Origin: Macrostomum lignano
Taxonomy: Eukaryota
Direction: 5' to 3'
DNA length: 46,531 nt
Assembly: GCA_002269645.1 (NCBI GenBank)
Contig: NIVC01004424.1
Coordinates: 1 to 46,531 of the forward strand
The notes beneath the pieces were generated by a model. It was given only the letters and a program-made list of their open reading frames with translations, did no database searches and was not told where the DNA came from. Of this stretch, positions 1-11,719 are shown piece by piece. The first letter of the stretch is position 1, and every line of letters begins with the position of its first letter. A program made the translations under genes and the position numbers.

Positions 1-120
1 AGGGAGAGGAGACAGGGAGAGCGGAGATATGAGGGAGAGGAAAGAGGGAGACAGGGAAGGAGGGAGACAGGGAGAGGGAGATATGAGGGAGAGGAAAGAG
101 AGGAGATAGGGAGAGGAGAC
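1..120. repeat. Degenerate purine-rich (GGAGA-type) tandem repeat, running off the window start
   Basis: Almost only A/G, with recurring blocks gggagag, gagacaggga and gatatgagggagaggaaaga. Confidence 0.8.
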
Positions 121-976
121 ATGGGTAATACAAGCCATAGCAGTATTGTATTCTGATTCCACACAGACTGCTGAATAGCAAACTCCTCAAACCTTTCTCC
201 ATTGCAATCGGCAGAACCTGCAGATTAGTGGCTGCCGCACCAGCAGCTGCGGAAGCATACGCCACTAGCAGAGGCGTGCCCGCTGCCCATAAAGCACCCA
301 ATGTGGCCTGCCTGGTAGCTGGTTAATGCTTTAATAAAGACAGCGTCACCCTGCTTTGTAAATATGCTGTCTGAAATAATAAAAATTAATGATCGATTTA
401 AAGAGTCTTGCACTAAAATAGTTATCAATTTTTTTATGTTTAAATAGTTACATTTGTGTATGACATAAATTACCATATAAGTTAATTTTTATCCTAAATT
501 TACTCAAAAAAGGGAACTATATTCTGCTATAGACATTCAAGACTTAAAAGATTTTAAAGGCTAATAAATATACAAAAAATCTGACATAGCAAGCTGGTTT
601 ATTATAGATTTTTTCTTAATTGATTTCTAAGCTTATCATTTCAACTTACAGATGATGTAATAATTATGAGACAATATATAGATAATATAATAAAGATGCC
701 TAAGTTTATCATACAAAGCATAAAATTTTTCTAGGAAGTACTGGCCTCTAGGTGATATAATCTATCTCAATATGATTTATATGGCCCAATTTTTCTATCT
801 TAGTGGTCTAGTGTCTAATAGTTATAAGGATTTACAATATTGCTATAGACTTGTCTAGGCTGCCTTTTAATTTGTAAGGGCTGTCCTAGTCTAAGGCCTT
901 GCTTGACTGCCAGTGGATGACACTATTCTAGTGATTAAGACTGTCCTATTATATAATGTCAAGACCTATATGCTAA

Positions 977-1609
977 TATGAGGTGTGTCCCAAAAGTTCC
1001 TAAAATTTCTATCATTACTCGACAATTATTGAGCATATCTTCACATCCTTGGTGTTAAATGAAAGATGAATTTCTCATTAAAATATAGCTATTTGAATCA
1101 CGTCAATATGTCTAACCATCTCTTTGCTACACATAAAAATGTTTGCAAAGGTTGGTACTAGGGTCACACATCCTTAAGAGCCTTTTGAAAAAAAACAATG
1201 ATATTCATAAAACAGTGAAGAAAAGAAATATGGGATAATTTAAACAGCAACATTGATTAAATCTCAAGTTAGTCAGCAGTAGGAAAAGTTCAAATGTATA
1301 TTTACTCATCCAACTCAGCCTGTGGCTTTTCAATTGTAGTTGCCATCCAAATGCATACATTTCTGCCACCTGGATCACATGGCATTGATGGCCTTGGCAA
1401 ATGTAGAGCAAGGCATTTCATAGAGGATGACATGGCAAATGAGGCTTTCAAGTTCACTTCAGTTTTTTAAAAACTGGGCCACAAAGAAGTCTTTTCATTT
1501 GGGGTAATATTGCAAAATTGGCAGGCACCATATCTGGCAAGTATGGCAGATGAGACAGCAACTCAAAGTTGAACTGCTCAATCTTCTCCATCGTCTTTCC
1601 TGCTATATG
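977..1609 (-). mobile_element. Degenerate Tc1/mariner element, 3' part (transposase C-terminus plus probable right TIR)
   Basis: Minus-strand 1609-1454 reads HIAGKTMEKIEQFNFELLSHLPYLPDMVPANFAILPQMKRLLCGPVF, a decayed form of the mariner HPPYSPDLAPxDF...LK..L.G..F motif. About 1400-1330 reads KAINAM*SRWQKCMHLDGNY, matching the mariner C-terminal RW.KC...G.Y. The sequence ta+tgaggtgtgtcccaaaagt at 977-998 resembles a mariner TIR with TA target. Confidence 0.8.
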
Positions 1610-1980
1610 GGGTCTATCAGTAAGGGTAATACTTTTCTATGGTGCACTAAGGCTCTTAGTTTTAGTGTTTTAGTTTTAGTGTAGTTTTAGGATAAATAGC
1701 AAGAGTAACCATGAGTGTCTTATTAAGGCTAAATTCCTTGTTATCTAATTAGTACTATATCTATATTCAGTGCAAAAGTTAACATGATCTGTTGCATCAT
1801 ACAGAGCTATAATTTTAGATCTCATGTTATATAGTCACAAATTTTCAATAGGGCACATCGTAAACCACAGTAATATTTTGTCTAGGCCCTACTTGTCATT
1901 ATATTCTCTTATAACTAACTAGCTTAACTGATTAATATTATACATTTTATTGTATTTAGGGATAGAATGATATAAAAAAT

Positions 1981-3194
1981 GGGTCTATGAAATTTGCTAG
2001 CAAGAAATTTGCTTGCCAAAATCTGCTAGCTGAAATCTGCTAGCCGAAATTTGCTAGCAGGAATTTTGCTGGCCAAAAGTTGCTAGCAGGAATTTTGCTA
2101 GCAAGGATTTAGCTAGCCAAAATCTGCTAGCAGGAATTTGCTGACCAAACTTCTTGCAACCGGCGTCAAAAGATTGCTTGTTTTCTGGCAATGGCAATGT
2201 ATTGTTTTACCTAAAAAAATCCACAGAAGTGGGTAAAAATCCCAAATATTTTATAACTAAAAGCATCAGCATCAGTTCAAGTGTTTGGAAAGTCAGTTTG
2301 TCATTGTGGGGGACAGAATACTCTCAAGTCGCAATCAGATAGCTTGTAGTTAGGACAGTAGTTGAATTCCTTATTGAACTGTCATGGCTAAATGTTAGTA
2401 GAGAAGGCTATAAAAAGTTTTTCCAGAACACTGTATATTTGCTATGTACATTGAGCCCTATCACCTGATCGTTGGTCTAGGGTAATGAGTGAGTGAGTAG
2501 CACAAACAACAGAAAAAGCTGACAAACTTCACATGCCTACAGTTTATGTTCTAACTGGGGTACAAAGTTGAGACTTTATATTTAGACAGAGAATGAGTCA
2601 ATGAAGAATTTTATCAAGTTTAAAGTCAATCGCTGTATGTGGAGCAAACTTATGGCAGCTGAAAGTTAGTTAATTTTAAACCCCCTTCACACATCTCTCC
2701 AGTGGTCAAGAAGGAGAGAGGCGGAGGTTGGGGTGGCTGTCTTGCTGACGAAAAGCAGACTAACTTTAAAAAAACAGTGTTGTTAGGAATTAACTTCGAG
2801 ACTCAAAAATTTCTACACGATTGTCAAAATAGTTGAAAATTGGATTGTGTCCAATTTGAAGAGGATTGGTAAAGCTGTAAAGGTAAAAGTGGAATGACGC
2901 TATAGAGGATTTATTGAAATTCTTGCAAAACTGGACAAGCAAATTGTCTCTAGCTAATTACAACTTCCTGAGTTTGGCCAGCCAAATTGCTGCTTGCCGG
3001 TTTTGGTTGGATTCCTGCTAGCAGATTTTGGCTAGCAAAATCCTCCCTAGCAAAATTCCTGCTAGCAAGCTTCGGCTAGCAAATTTTGGCTAGCAGATTT
3101 TGCTAGCAAACTTTGGCTAGCAGATTTTGGCAAGCAAATTTCTTGCTAGCAAACTTTGGCTAGCAGATTTCCTGCTAGCAAATCTCGTACTCCC
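1981..3194. mobile_element. Old non-autonomous TIR element (Mutator-like MITE/foldback) with inverted subterminal GCTAGC arrays
   Basis: The left end gggtctatgaaatttgctagc pairs with the reverse complement of the right end (gggagtacgagatttgctagc). Arrays 1990-2160 and 2970-3185 are inverted copies (e.g. ttcctgctagcagattttggctagc). A-rich flanks taaaaaat/aaaaaaat may be a TSD. Confidence 0.7.
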
Positions 3195-4899
3195 AAAAAA
3201 ATCCTTTAAAGGAAGGCCAAGCTATATTAAGCATTATAACCCAATGGCCAATATTGAAAAATGGACCATGTATATCTATAAGTCAAAAACATATGGCCCA
3301 AATCTTTTTGGCCATGCCTAAGAAAAATGGCCATGGCTCCCTTGGCTACCCCTTTAGATCTACTATTAGACATGGTTATAAAAGTTTATTCATTTTTAAT
3401 TAAAAATGTTTTACACTACACTTAATAAAACTAAAACATGCAATATTGTAGGCCTAATTAAAAAACATTAGGCTTATATAACATAAGGACATTTAGTTTT
3501 ATTCAATAAATATTATTTTGTAGTATATTGGATATTGATGATTTTTCATAAGACTGTATATAAAATAATAAATAAATTATAAAATTTTTATTCTATAACA
3601 AAATGTATCATACTCATAGCCATAGGCCCTATTTTAAACCTAAAAATAAAACTTCAAATAAATTATTAACATATCTTAGGCCTAGTTAGACTTAGGCCTA
3701 GGCCATACTTCAGAAGATATACTGCAATAGTAATGTATATTACTATTAGAAATTCAAATGCTAGGTCTACTATATTAGCTATTTTAGATGAGTAATTTAT
3801 GACTACAAAAAGTTATAAATGATACTGACATCAAGGTTTTTACATAAAAATAGGGCCTAATATAGAGCCCTAGGGTCCTAAGCCTAAGGACCTAAGCACT
3901 TAGCACTATAGATAGATAGGCCTATGGTGGTTATTTAAGAATAAGAGCACATGTTTGTTATATTTAATAGTATTGACAAATAAAATTATATTTTAGGAAC
4001 TAGCAATAAATTATATTATTGAACTACCTCTCTTGACTCTCGTCTCGACTTAACTGAAAGACCAAAAAGCTAAAAAACCAAAGGCCAAAGCCGAAAGGGT
4101 TTAGGCCTAAACATTTTTAAAATTGCAAAATCGCTACGAGTCTAGGAAAAATTGATGGATTTTGAATTGCAGCGCCTTTCTATGAAACAACTTTCTTGTC
4201 GTTATCGATATCCAACCTTTAAACAACGGATAAAGCAGCTGTAAGCAGCTATAAGCTGCTATAAGCAGCTGTCAAATCCTTCCAAATCAATGCTCAGCTC
4301 GGCCGGAAAAGCTAAAAATCAGCGTGCAATAAAAGTAATTTTTAAACTGTCTAACAATGGGCGTCGACGGTTGGCACTTTGGCACAGTTAGACGCCTCAA
4401 TGCTAAGACCTCAGCCAAGGGACACTTAGAACTTTGGTGTTGCACAGCCAATTTCTTTCAGCTGTGCATCCTAGAGTCTTGTTGTTATCTATTCAATGAT
4501 CAAACTTTCTTTGTACATGTACTATACTATTCTCATATTTTTTCTTTATTCTAGGTCTACTTAAGCTATAGCCTATACTAGGCTTTACTCATTTTGGTAT
4601 TTTAATTGGGTTGATATAATTGTACTATGCCTATTATTATCTTATTTGTGTCTTGTTTTTCTAAGTGTCAATTAGGCCTAGGTCTATTAGCCTATAAGCT
4701 TGTTTCCTATAATAATACCCATTTTCATCTTCACTTATAATATAGGCCTTAATTATAAATAATGTAGAATTGTGTCTGCATTATTTATAGATCATACCAA
4801 GTATACCTAGGCCTAGTCCTACCTAAGCCTAAGTAAGGAAATAAAAAATAATAAAAAAAATAAAAAAATTATATCTAAAAGGAAAAGTAATATATATTC

Positions 4900-5460
4900 T
4901 TAGATCCTTAGTTGCTAGGTTGCCTCACCTTCCTAGATGCTTAGTTGCTAAGCCACCTTCAATCCTCAGTTGCTAAGCCATCTTAGTTGCTAGGCTGTCT
5001 ACAACTCTTCTAGATCCTGGGTTGCTAGGCCATCCCACTTTCCTAGATCCTAAATTGCTAGGCTAGGCCCCCCTACTTTCCTAGATCCTGAGTTGCTAGG
5101 CCATCCTAACCCCACCTTCCTAGATCCTGAGTTGCTAGGCCACCCTAATTGCATCTTCCTAGATCCTAAATTGCTAGGCCCCCCATCCTACTAGATCCTT
5201 GGTTGCTAGGCCACCCTCAGGAGGCACCCTCCCAGATCCTCAGTTGCTGGGCCACCCTCCCAGACCCAGATCCTCAGTTGCTAGGCCATCCTCCCATATT
5301 CCTCAGTTGCTAAGCCAGCCTCCTAGATCCTCAGTTGTTGGGCCAGCCTCCTAGATCTTCAGTTGCTAGGCTACCCTCCAGATCCTTAATTGCTGGGCCA
5401 GTCTCCCAGATCCTCAGTTGCTAGGCCACTCTACCAGATCATTAGTTGCTAGGCCATAGA
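4900..5460. repeat. Degenerate minisatellite, ~28-35 bp unit cc(t/c)agatcctcagttgctaggccac
   Basis: About 16 imperfect copies, C-rich yet with no CG dinucleotide. Confidence 0.9.
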
Positions 5461-5699
5461 GGTTTAAGTGGGTTCATAAAAATTCTTTAAAAAATCATAA
5501 AAATTCTTACAGCAAACACTTAAACAGAAGTTACAATATATGTACCTGCGCCATTTTATAAAGTGATGGCTTCCTCAGACCTCAGTGTCATGTAAGATTC
5601 TTCTATTCTAACTTAGTTGTCTACAAATCATTTGAATATAGACTACTATTATCAGTAGTAGATAAAGCGTCATTCCACTCTACTCTTAATTCGATTCAT

Positions 5700-5748
5700 G
5701 AGTCTGTCTTTCTGTCTTAGTGTTTGTCTTTCCGTCTGTCTGTCTGCT
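5700..5748. repeat. Degenerate (TGTC)n microsatellite just upstream of the F-box ATG
   Basis: Seen directly: gagtctgtctttctgtc...gtctgtctgtctgctga. Confidence 0.7.
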
Positions 5749-5791
5749 GACTACTGTACAATAAAATCAAAAAAACTTTCCAGCGCACCAT

Positions 5792-7877
5792 ATGGCAGCC
5801 GCCAAGCCAAAAGTCTCCAACCCGCTGAGCCTGAGCCTGCCAGACCGGGCACTCAGCGGCATCCTGCGCTGCCTGGACCTGCGCAGCCTGGCCGCCTGTC
5901 GTCTCGTCTGCCGCGCCTGGCTGTCTCGCATCGACGCTTTTTGCAGCGGCGGCGCCTGCGTTGGTGGTGGCTTGTTGACCGCTGGTCGCGCCGTCCGTCA
6001 GCTGTGCGGCGGCGGCAGCAGTGCAAAATCGCCGACCGCCTGGCAGGCGCTGCAGCTGTCTAGACGGTGCAGCTTGGTGTGCTCCACGCTGAAAGAGACG
6101 GACGTGCAGTGCGAGGAGGAGCTGCTGCCGAGCCTGCCGGACCTGCAGCTGCTGCCCATGGTGAGTGCTCGGCGCTCGCTCACAAATCAATGCTGCAATA
6201 TTGTGTGGCTATAAGAAACGAACCAGAAAATGCGCAGCTGGAAATTTAAACTACTTATAGTAGGTTTCAGTCTACCATGGGGGCCATGGATTTTATGGTG
6301 GGGGGGGGCAAAGTAAGGAATTCTACATGACTAAGTTCCTACATAATTTTGAGAATCGGTGTTGTTAGCACTCGTTTTGGCGCCGCAGGCACTTATTTTA
6401 GCGCCACAGACATTCATTTTAGCGCCTCAGGCACTCATTTTAGCGCCGGAGACACTGAGACACTCATTTTAGCGCCGGAGACACTGAGACACTTATTTTG
6501 GCGCCCCAAAGCAAAATTATTGATTTCCATAGCATTTAAATGTCCCTCCTATAGCTTTCACTCGGTGGGGAGTCGGGGACATGCCCCCCCCCTGTCCCCC
6601 CGGTGGCGACGCCCCTGCGTGAAAGTGAATGACTCTTGTACTTGAGGTCCCAAGTTCGAGCCCCTATGCTCGTCGCAAAGTTTCCTACGTAACACCGTTT
6701 GCAGTCGGACAAGGGCGGCCGCGGCCGCCTGATGCTGCGAACTCGGATGCTGGACCGTGGCCGCTGCCGCCTTATCAATCGGCTACTGAAAGTGCCCCAA
6801 ATACCCGAGGATGCCGAGTGCAGCTTGAAGTTCTGCGCCACCTCCTGGATCGGTCTGGTCATCTGCCGCTTCAACGATGGCACATGCGTGGTGACGCTGC
6901 CGCTGAGGCCTGGCGACGGCGGACTGGGCGGAGACGAAGTGCTGACCCAGGCGGTGATCAGCCCGCCTATATCCGGCATTTTCCCTGTTGTCATGGCAAC
7001 GCACAAGTGCGCCAAGTGCGGCCAAGACCAGCTGCTGGTCTACAGTATGAGCTTGGCTGCGCCCCAGCTCAGCCTGTGGTCGCTGCCGCCCGCCGCCGAC
7101 TCGTTCGGCAGGTCGCCGCAAGTCATCGGCAAGCCGCACAGCGTCCTGCAAAGTGGTGTCGTGGGCAGCGATGAAGAGGCCCTGCGGATGCTGCAGGTGG
7201 CGTCGCCTGTCGAGTCGGAGTTTGCCGTGTTCGCCGTGATGAACAGCAACGATGAGGACACTCTGACCACCGTCAGCTTCGTCCGCGCCGGGTGCCGCCA
7301 GCTCAGCCTCCTCCGCAGCCGCATCAGCCTGGGCGGAGACGAGTGCGGCTTCATCACGGACTCCAGCGACGGCGTCCTCGTCACCATGGTGATCGACGGC
7401 CTTCGCCGACGTCGTGGACAGGCTCGCTGTCAGCTGAGACTCCGAGTGACTCGTCACGTGCTGGCCGGACCGAAGTGCACTGTGTGTCCAGAGACCTTCC
7501 TGTACAACTGCCCGATGCCGTCTGCTGAGGTGCCCGAATCCCAGCCTAAGCTAATTGGCCACGGCAGGCAGCTGCTGTGCGTGACCTTCATGGTGCCGCA
7601 CTGCCTGGCTCTGTATCGGCCGAGCTGTCCGCAGCCTCCGGTCGTCATCGACCTGCCCAACGACCAGCCGTTGCACTTTCTGTGGCCGGTCGGCAACTGG
7701 CTGAACTGCGGCATCGACCCGGAGCGGCAGAGCTGCCCGCTGCTGGTGTCAGCTGGCATGGAGCGAGATGAAGCAAACAAACAGAGCCACCTGCTGAGCT
7801 TGAGCTTCTCTAAGGATGCTCCGCAGTCAGCTGTGTGGCAGCGGACTGTGCAGTTTGGCAGCTCGGTTTCTGAGTAA
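5792..7877 (+). CDS. F-box protein, two exons (5792-6160, 6705-7877), ~513 aa, C-terminal domain not recognised
   Basis: N-terminal LPDRALSGILRCLDLRSLAACRLVCRAW fits the F-box consensus. Donor ATG|GTGAGT at 6161 and acceptor tttgcag|TCG at 6704 are both phase 0 and join the 140-aa and 392-aa ORFs. Codon usage is GC-rich, and a paralog lies at 9876-11546. Confidence 0.85.
6265..6620. repeat. Repeat/MITE-like insert in the F-box intron, with a tandem cactcattttagcgcc array (6370-6510)
   Basis: Five to six copies of ttttagcgcc, flanked by G/C-run segments (ggtggggggggggcaaag; gtccccccggtggcgacgcccctg) typical of small non-autonomous elements. It is absent from the shorter paralog intron. Confidence 0.45.
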
Positions 7878-8204
7878 CAGCTTTGATTTATTTGTTGACA
7901 TTTGGTTTCAGACTTTGTGCCCAGTTTACTAATTCATCTGCAAGCATTTGACAGGTCTGTTTGATCTATTTTTAGCATTAATTATATCCAATCTGCCCTG
8001 CATTTTATCAAGTACAATAATTTTTTAGACAATTTGTTTGTCACTTGAGTCTCGACTTTTTTTACTATAATTTTTCGCTGTCGCTTTGTTGCTTTGGCTT
8101 AATTTTAACTCGTTCGTTATTAAATATATAAAAAATAGGCGAATTCTTCGCTTTCTCAAAAATCGTTCTGAGTTTTATACTCTTATTCAATTTTTAGACG
8201 TTGC

Positions 8205-8650
8205 TCTTCATACCTTCTCCATCCCCACAGTCACAAATCATTTAGTTCCCCATCCCCACAGTCACAGATCATTCAGTTCCCCATCCCCACAGTCACAAAT
8301 CATTTAGTTCCCCATCCCCACAGTCACAGATCATTCAGTTCCCCATCCCCACAGTCACAAATCATTTAGTTCCCCATCCCCACAGTCACAAATCATTTAG
8401 TTCCCCATCCCCACAGTCACAAATCATTTAGTTCCCCATCCCCATCCCCACAGTCACAAATCATTTAGTTCCCCATCCCCACAGTCACAAATCATTTAGT
8501 TCCCCATCCCCACAGTCACAAATCATTTAGTTCCCCATCCCCACAGTCACAAATCATTTAGTTCCCCATCCCCACAGTCACAAATCATTTAGTTCCTCAT
8601 CCCCACAGCCACAAATCATTTAGTTCCCCATCCCACAGTCACAAATCCCT
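8205..8650. repeat. 31-bp minisatellite tttagttccccatccccacagtcacaaatca, about 14 copies
   Basis: Direct tandem repetition. Confidence 0.95.
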
Positions 8651-8790
8651 ATCCTTCAAATCCCCATCCTGCAAATCCCGATCCTGCAAATCTCCTTCCT
8701 GCGGATCCCCATCCTGCAGATCTCTATTGTGCAGATTCAGGAAGAACCTGTTTCTCAGTTCACGGGACTGTCAGTACTGGAGGCGGAAAT

Positions 8791-9188
8791 GGGATAGCAA
8801 CGTTTGCCAGCCGACGTTTGCCAACGGGACATTTGCAGGCGGTAATTGGTTTTATAGAATTATGCCGCGTTCTAGTGGGCAGTTGTTTGTTAGTAACCTG
8901 TACTAGTGAGCAGTTTTTTGTTATGAATAGTAACCTGTATATTTAGTAGCAGTAGTAGGGAGCGAGGTGGGGTTAGATTAGTGCTATGTCCGCAGTTTTC
9001 AAATTGAAGTACATGTAAGCCTAGAGAGGGCAGAATTCTTTAACCGATTACTGTCTGTAAATGTCCGGCTGTCAAACGTCAGCTGGCGAACGTCGGCTGG
9101 CAAACGTCCCGCTGGCAAACGTCGGCTGGAAAACGTCGGCTGGCAAACGTCCCGCTGGCAAACGTCGGCTGGAAAACGTCGTAGACCC
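8791..9188. mobile_element. Mutator-like MITE (398 bp) with 9-bp TSD
   Basis: TIRs gggatagcaacgtttgccagccgacgtttgcc and RC gggtctacgacgttttccagccgacgtttgcc. Flanks ggcggaaat (8782-8790) and ggtggaaat (9189-9197). Internal 15-bp repeats ggcaaacgtcggctg. A 9-bp TSD with G-rich termini fits the MULE superfamily. Confidence 0.8.
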
Positions 9189-9875
9189 GGTGGAAATGAT
9201 TGATACTTTTCTGGAAGAAGCGTCCACATATACAGCTTTGACTGACCAAGATCTGGATGAAATTGCCAAGATGGAGGACACGGGAAGCCATCACTTATCT
9301 GCCGTACGAGTTCCTCAGTCGATAGCGCTTTACCCACTGGTCTCAAAGCAGTAGAAGATCCGGCTTGCGCATCAGGGATGTCAACTTCTTCCAGTTTCTA
9401 CCCGAAAAACTCATCCATCAGGCCAAATTCCAACTCTTGATCCATTGTCTGAGCCTTCTTATTAGGCAAATAAAAAAAGTCGTTTTATTGGGAGTGAAGA
9501 TTCTGCGGGGCGTTCTAGACACCCATACTCTACAGCGAGGACGATGATAATTGAATGTCCATTGCATGAAGTAGGGATTCTTGGCGTAGTCTAAGATTAA
9601 ATTAATGTAATGGATTCCTCAGAATACACTGTCTGTGGCAGAAAGCGTATTCTGAAGAGTGTTGATCTTTTACTGACGTACACAAAAACATCGGCGTCCT
9701 GAAAAGCCAAAATGAAATCGTCTAGGGCAATAGTCGAATATAGTCGTGGTACAATTGTCTTGGGTCGCTATCGCAAGTAGCAATAAGGAGAAATCAAAGA
9801 ACTGAACAACAAGCAATAACGTTCTTCAACAAGTATTTGCACCCGTAGACAAAGAGATTCTTCTAACCTTGAGCG

Positions 9876-11546
9876 ATGCAGCAGGACTTCTTGCATCAGC
9901 GCATGCCGGACCACGCGCTCAGCTGCATTCTGCACCGCCTGGACCTGCGCAGCTTTGCCGCCTGTCGCCTTGTCTGCCGGAGCTGGCACTGTCGAATCGA
10001 CGACAGCCGCGTTCTGGAAGCGGCCCGGACCTCCTGGCACCTGTGCGCGATGTTAACCGGCGGTCAGGCTTGGAAGGTGGCCACACAGAGAGGCTTGGTG
10101 TGCTCGGAGCTGGAGGAGAGGGTCGTGACCTCCGAGGACGAGCTGGTGCCCATTCTAGAGGACCTGGAGCTGCTGGCATGGTGAGTTCCTGAAGCCATGC
10201 AGGAAGTATTTATTTACCTAGTTTAAACTAGCACTATACTACAGTATAGCTAGTTTCGTCATTGCAACGACAGAGGTCATAGAGAAGTCATGCATAGCTG
10301 GAATCCAGGGCCGTCATAGCATAGTATCGATCGGGGTTCATAGCTGGTCCCCGAAATCCACTTGCAGCATGATCAAACGGGTACGGAGGCCTGCAGATGT
10401 ACACCAGGATGCTGGACTGCCGCATGCTGCATCGAACTTTCCGAGTGCCCCAGGTGTTCGCTGATGTCAGCTACATGACGCGATACTGCTCCACCTCTTG
10501 GGTGGGCCTGGCACGGTGCGAGCGAAATGGAGTCTATGGAGGCGTGCTGGCGGTGCCTTTGAAGCCGGGCAGAAGCGGCCTGGGGAGAGATAAGCTCTAA
10601 TTCAGGCTGACATTAGAGTAATGATTACAACCTCCATGGCTTATGACGTTGTCATGGCAACACACAAGTGCCCCACCTGCGGGGACACACAGCTGCTGCT
10701 ACTGAACAGTTTCTTGGTGGACCAGCTGAAGCTGTGGTCGCTGCCGCCCGCTGGCGTCTTCGTGCCACCGCCTGTGCTGACGCAGCCGCACAGCGTCCTG
10801 CACGACGTCACAAATGACGCCGGCAACGAAGAGGGGCTTCGGCTGCTGCAGGTTGCGTCGCCCGTCGAGTCGGAGTTTGCCGTGATGAACAGCAACGAGT
10901 GCGACACTCGGACCACCGTCAGCTTCGTCCGCGCCTTTTGCCGCCAGCTCAGCCTCATCCGAAGCCGCATCAGCCTGGGCGGAGACGAGTGCGGCTTCAT
11001 TGCGGACTCCAGCGACCGCGTTCTCGTCACCATGGTGATTGACAGCCTTCGCCGACGTCGTGGGCAGACTCGGCGCTAGCGGAGACTTCGAGTGACTCGT
11101 CACGTGCTGACTGGGCCGAGCTGCCAAGTGCAGGCTGAGACCTTCTTGTACAACTGCCCGATGCCGTCCGCTGAGGTGCCCGACTCCCGTCCCGAGCTGC
11201 TTGGCCACGGCAGGAAGCTGCTGTGCGTGACCTTCGTTGAACTGGAGCGCCTGGCTCTGTACCGGCCGAGTTTCCGCAGCCTCTGGTCGTCATCAACTTT
11301 TCCCACCCACTCGATAATTCATATTTCTCGTGGCCAGTTGGAGACTGGCTTGACCGCGGCATGGACCCTGAGAGGCAGAGCTGCCCGCTGCTGCTGGTTT
11401 TGGGGTTTCAGCCTTTTTCTCCAGGCACCGACCAGCTGGTCTCCGTGCCCAGCCACCTGCTGAGCTGGACCTGCGCCAAGGAGATCCCGGAGACCGCCGC
11501 TGTGTGGCAACAGGCCGTGCGGCTTGGCAGCTTCGGGTCCGAGTGA
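9876..11546 (+). pseudogene. F-box paralog pseudogene (exons ~9876-10180 and ~10368-11546)
   Basis: Colinear with 5792-7877 (MPDHALSCILHRLDLRSFAACRLVCRSW; LQVASPVESEFAVMNSN; ETFLYNCPMPSAEVP). It carries a 1-nt loss at the exon 1 end, 1-nt losses near 10590 and 11272, and a CAG->TAG stop at 11077-11079. Confidence 0.85.
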
Positions 11547-11719
11547 CGGACTGCTGCATCTGAGTCTCCATTTACCAATTAAAGTTGTTTTTTGTTAATA
11601 ATAATAGCAATAGATTATTACACCTACCCCAGTTGGACCAGATGTGCAACCGACAGCTCAGCCACAGTTATTGCGCGGCGCATTTGAAGGCTGCTTTTGG
11701 CTGTGTCAGTTCGCACACT

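Noticed and set aside
225-476. 83-aa minus-strand ORF and a nearby Ala-rich frame
   Set aside because: No recognisable motif or consistent splice sites.
5698-7780. Many overlapping antisense or alternate-frame ORFs over the F-box gene (likewise over the LINEs, gag and HSPA12)
   Set aside because: These are shadow ORFs caused by GC-rich codon usage and carry no motifs.
9480-9860. Possible fifth, decayed secreted-family gene on the minus strand (LLLLAIA...YCPRRFHF(W))
   Set aside because: It needs a frameshift to form the C-x5-FW motif, and has no ATG and no GG-x-C end. Too weak.
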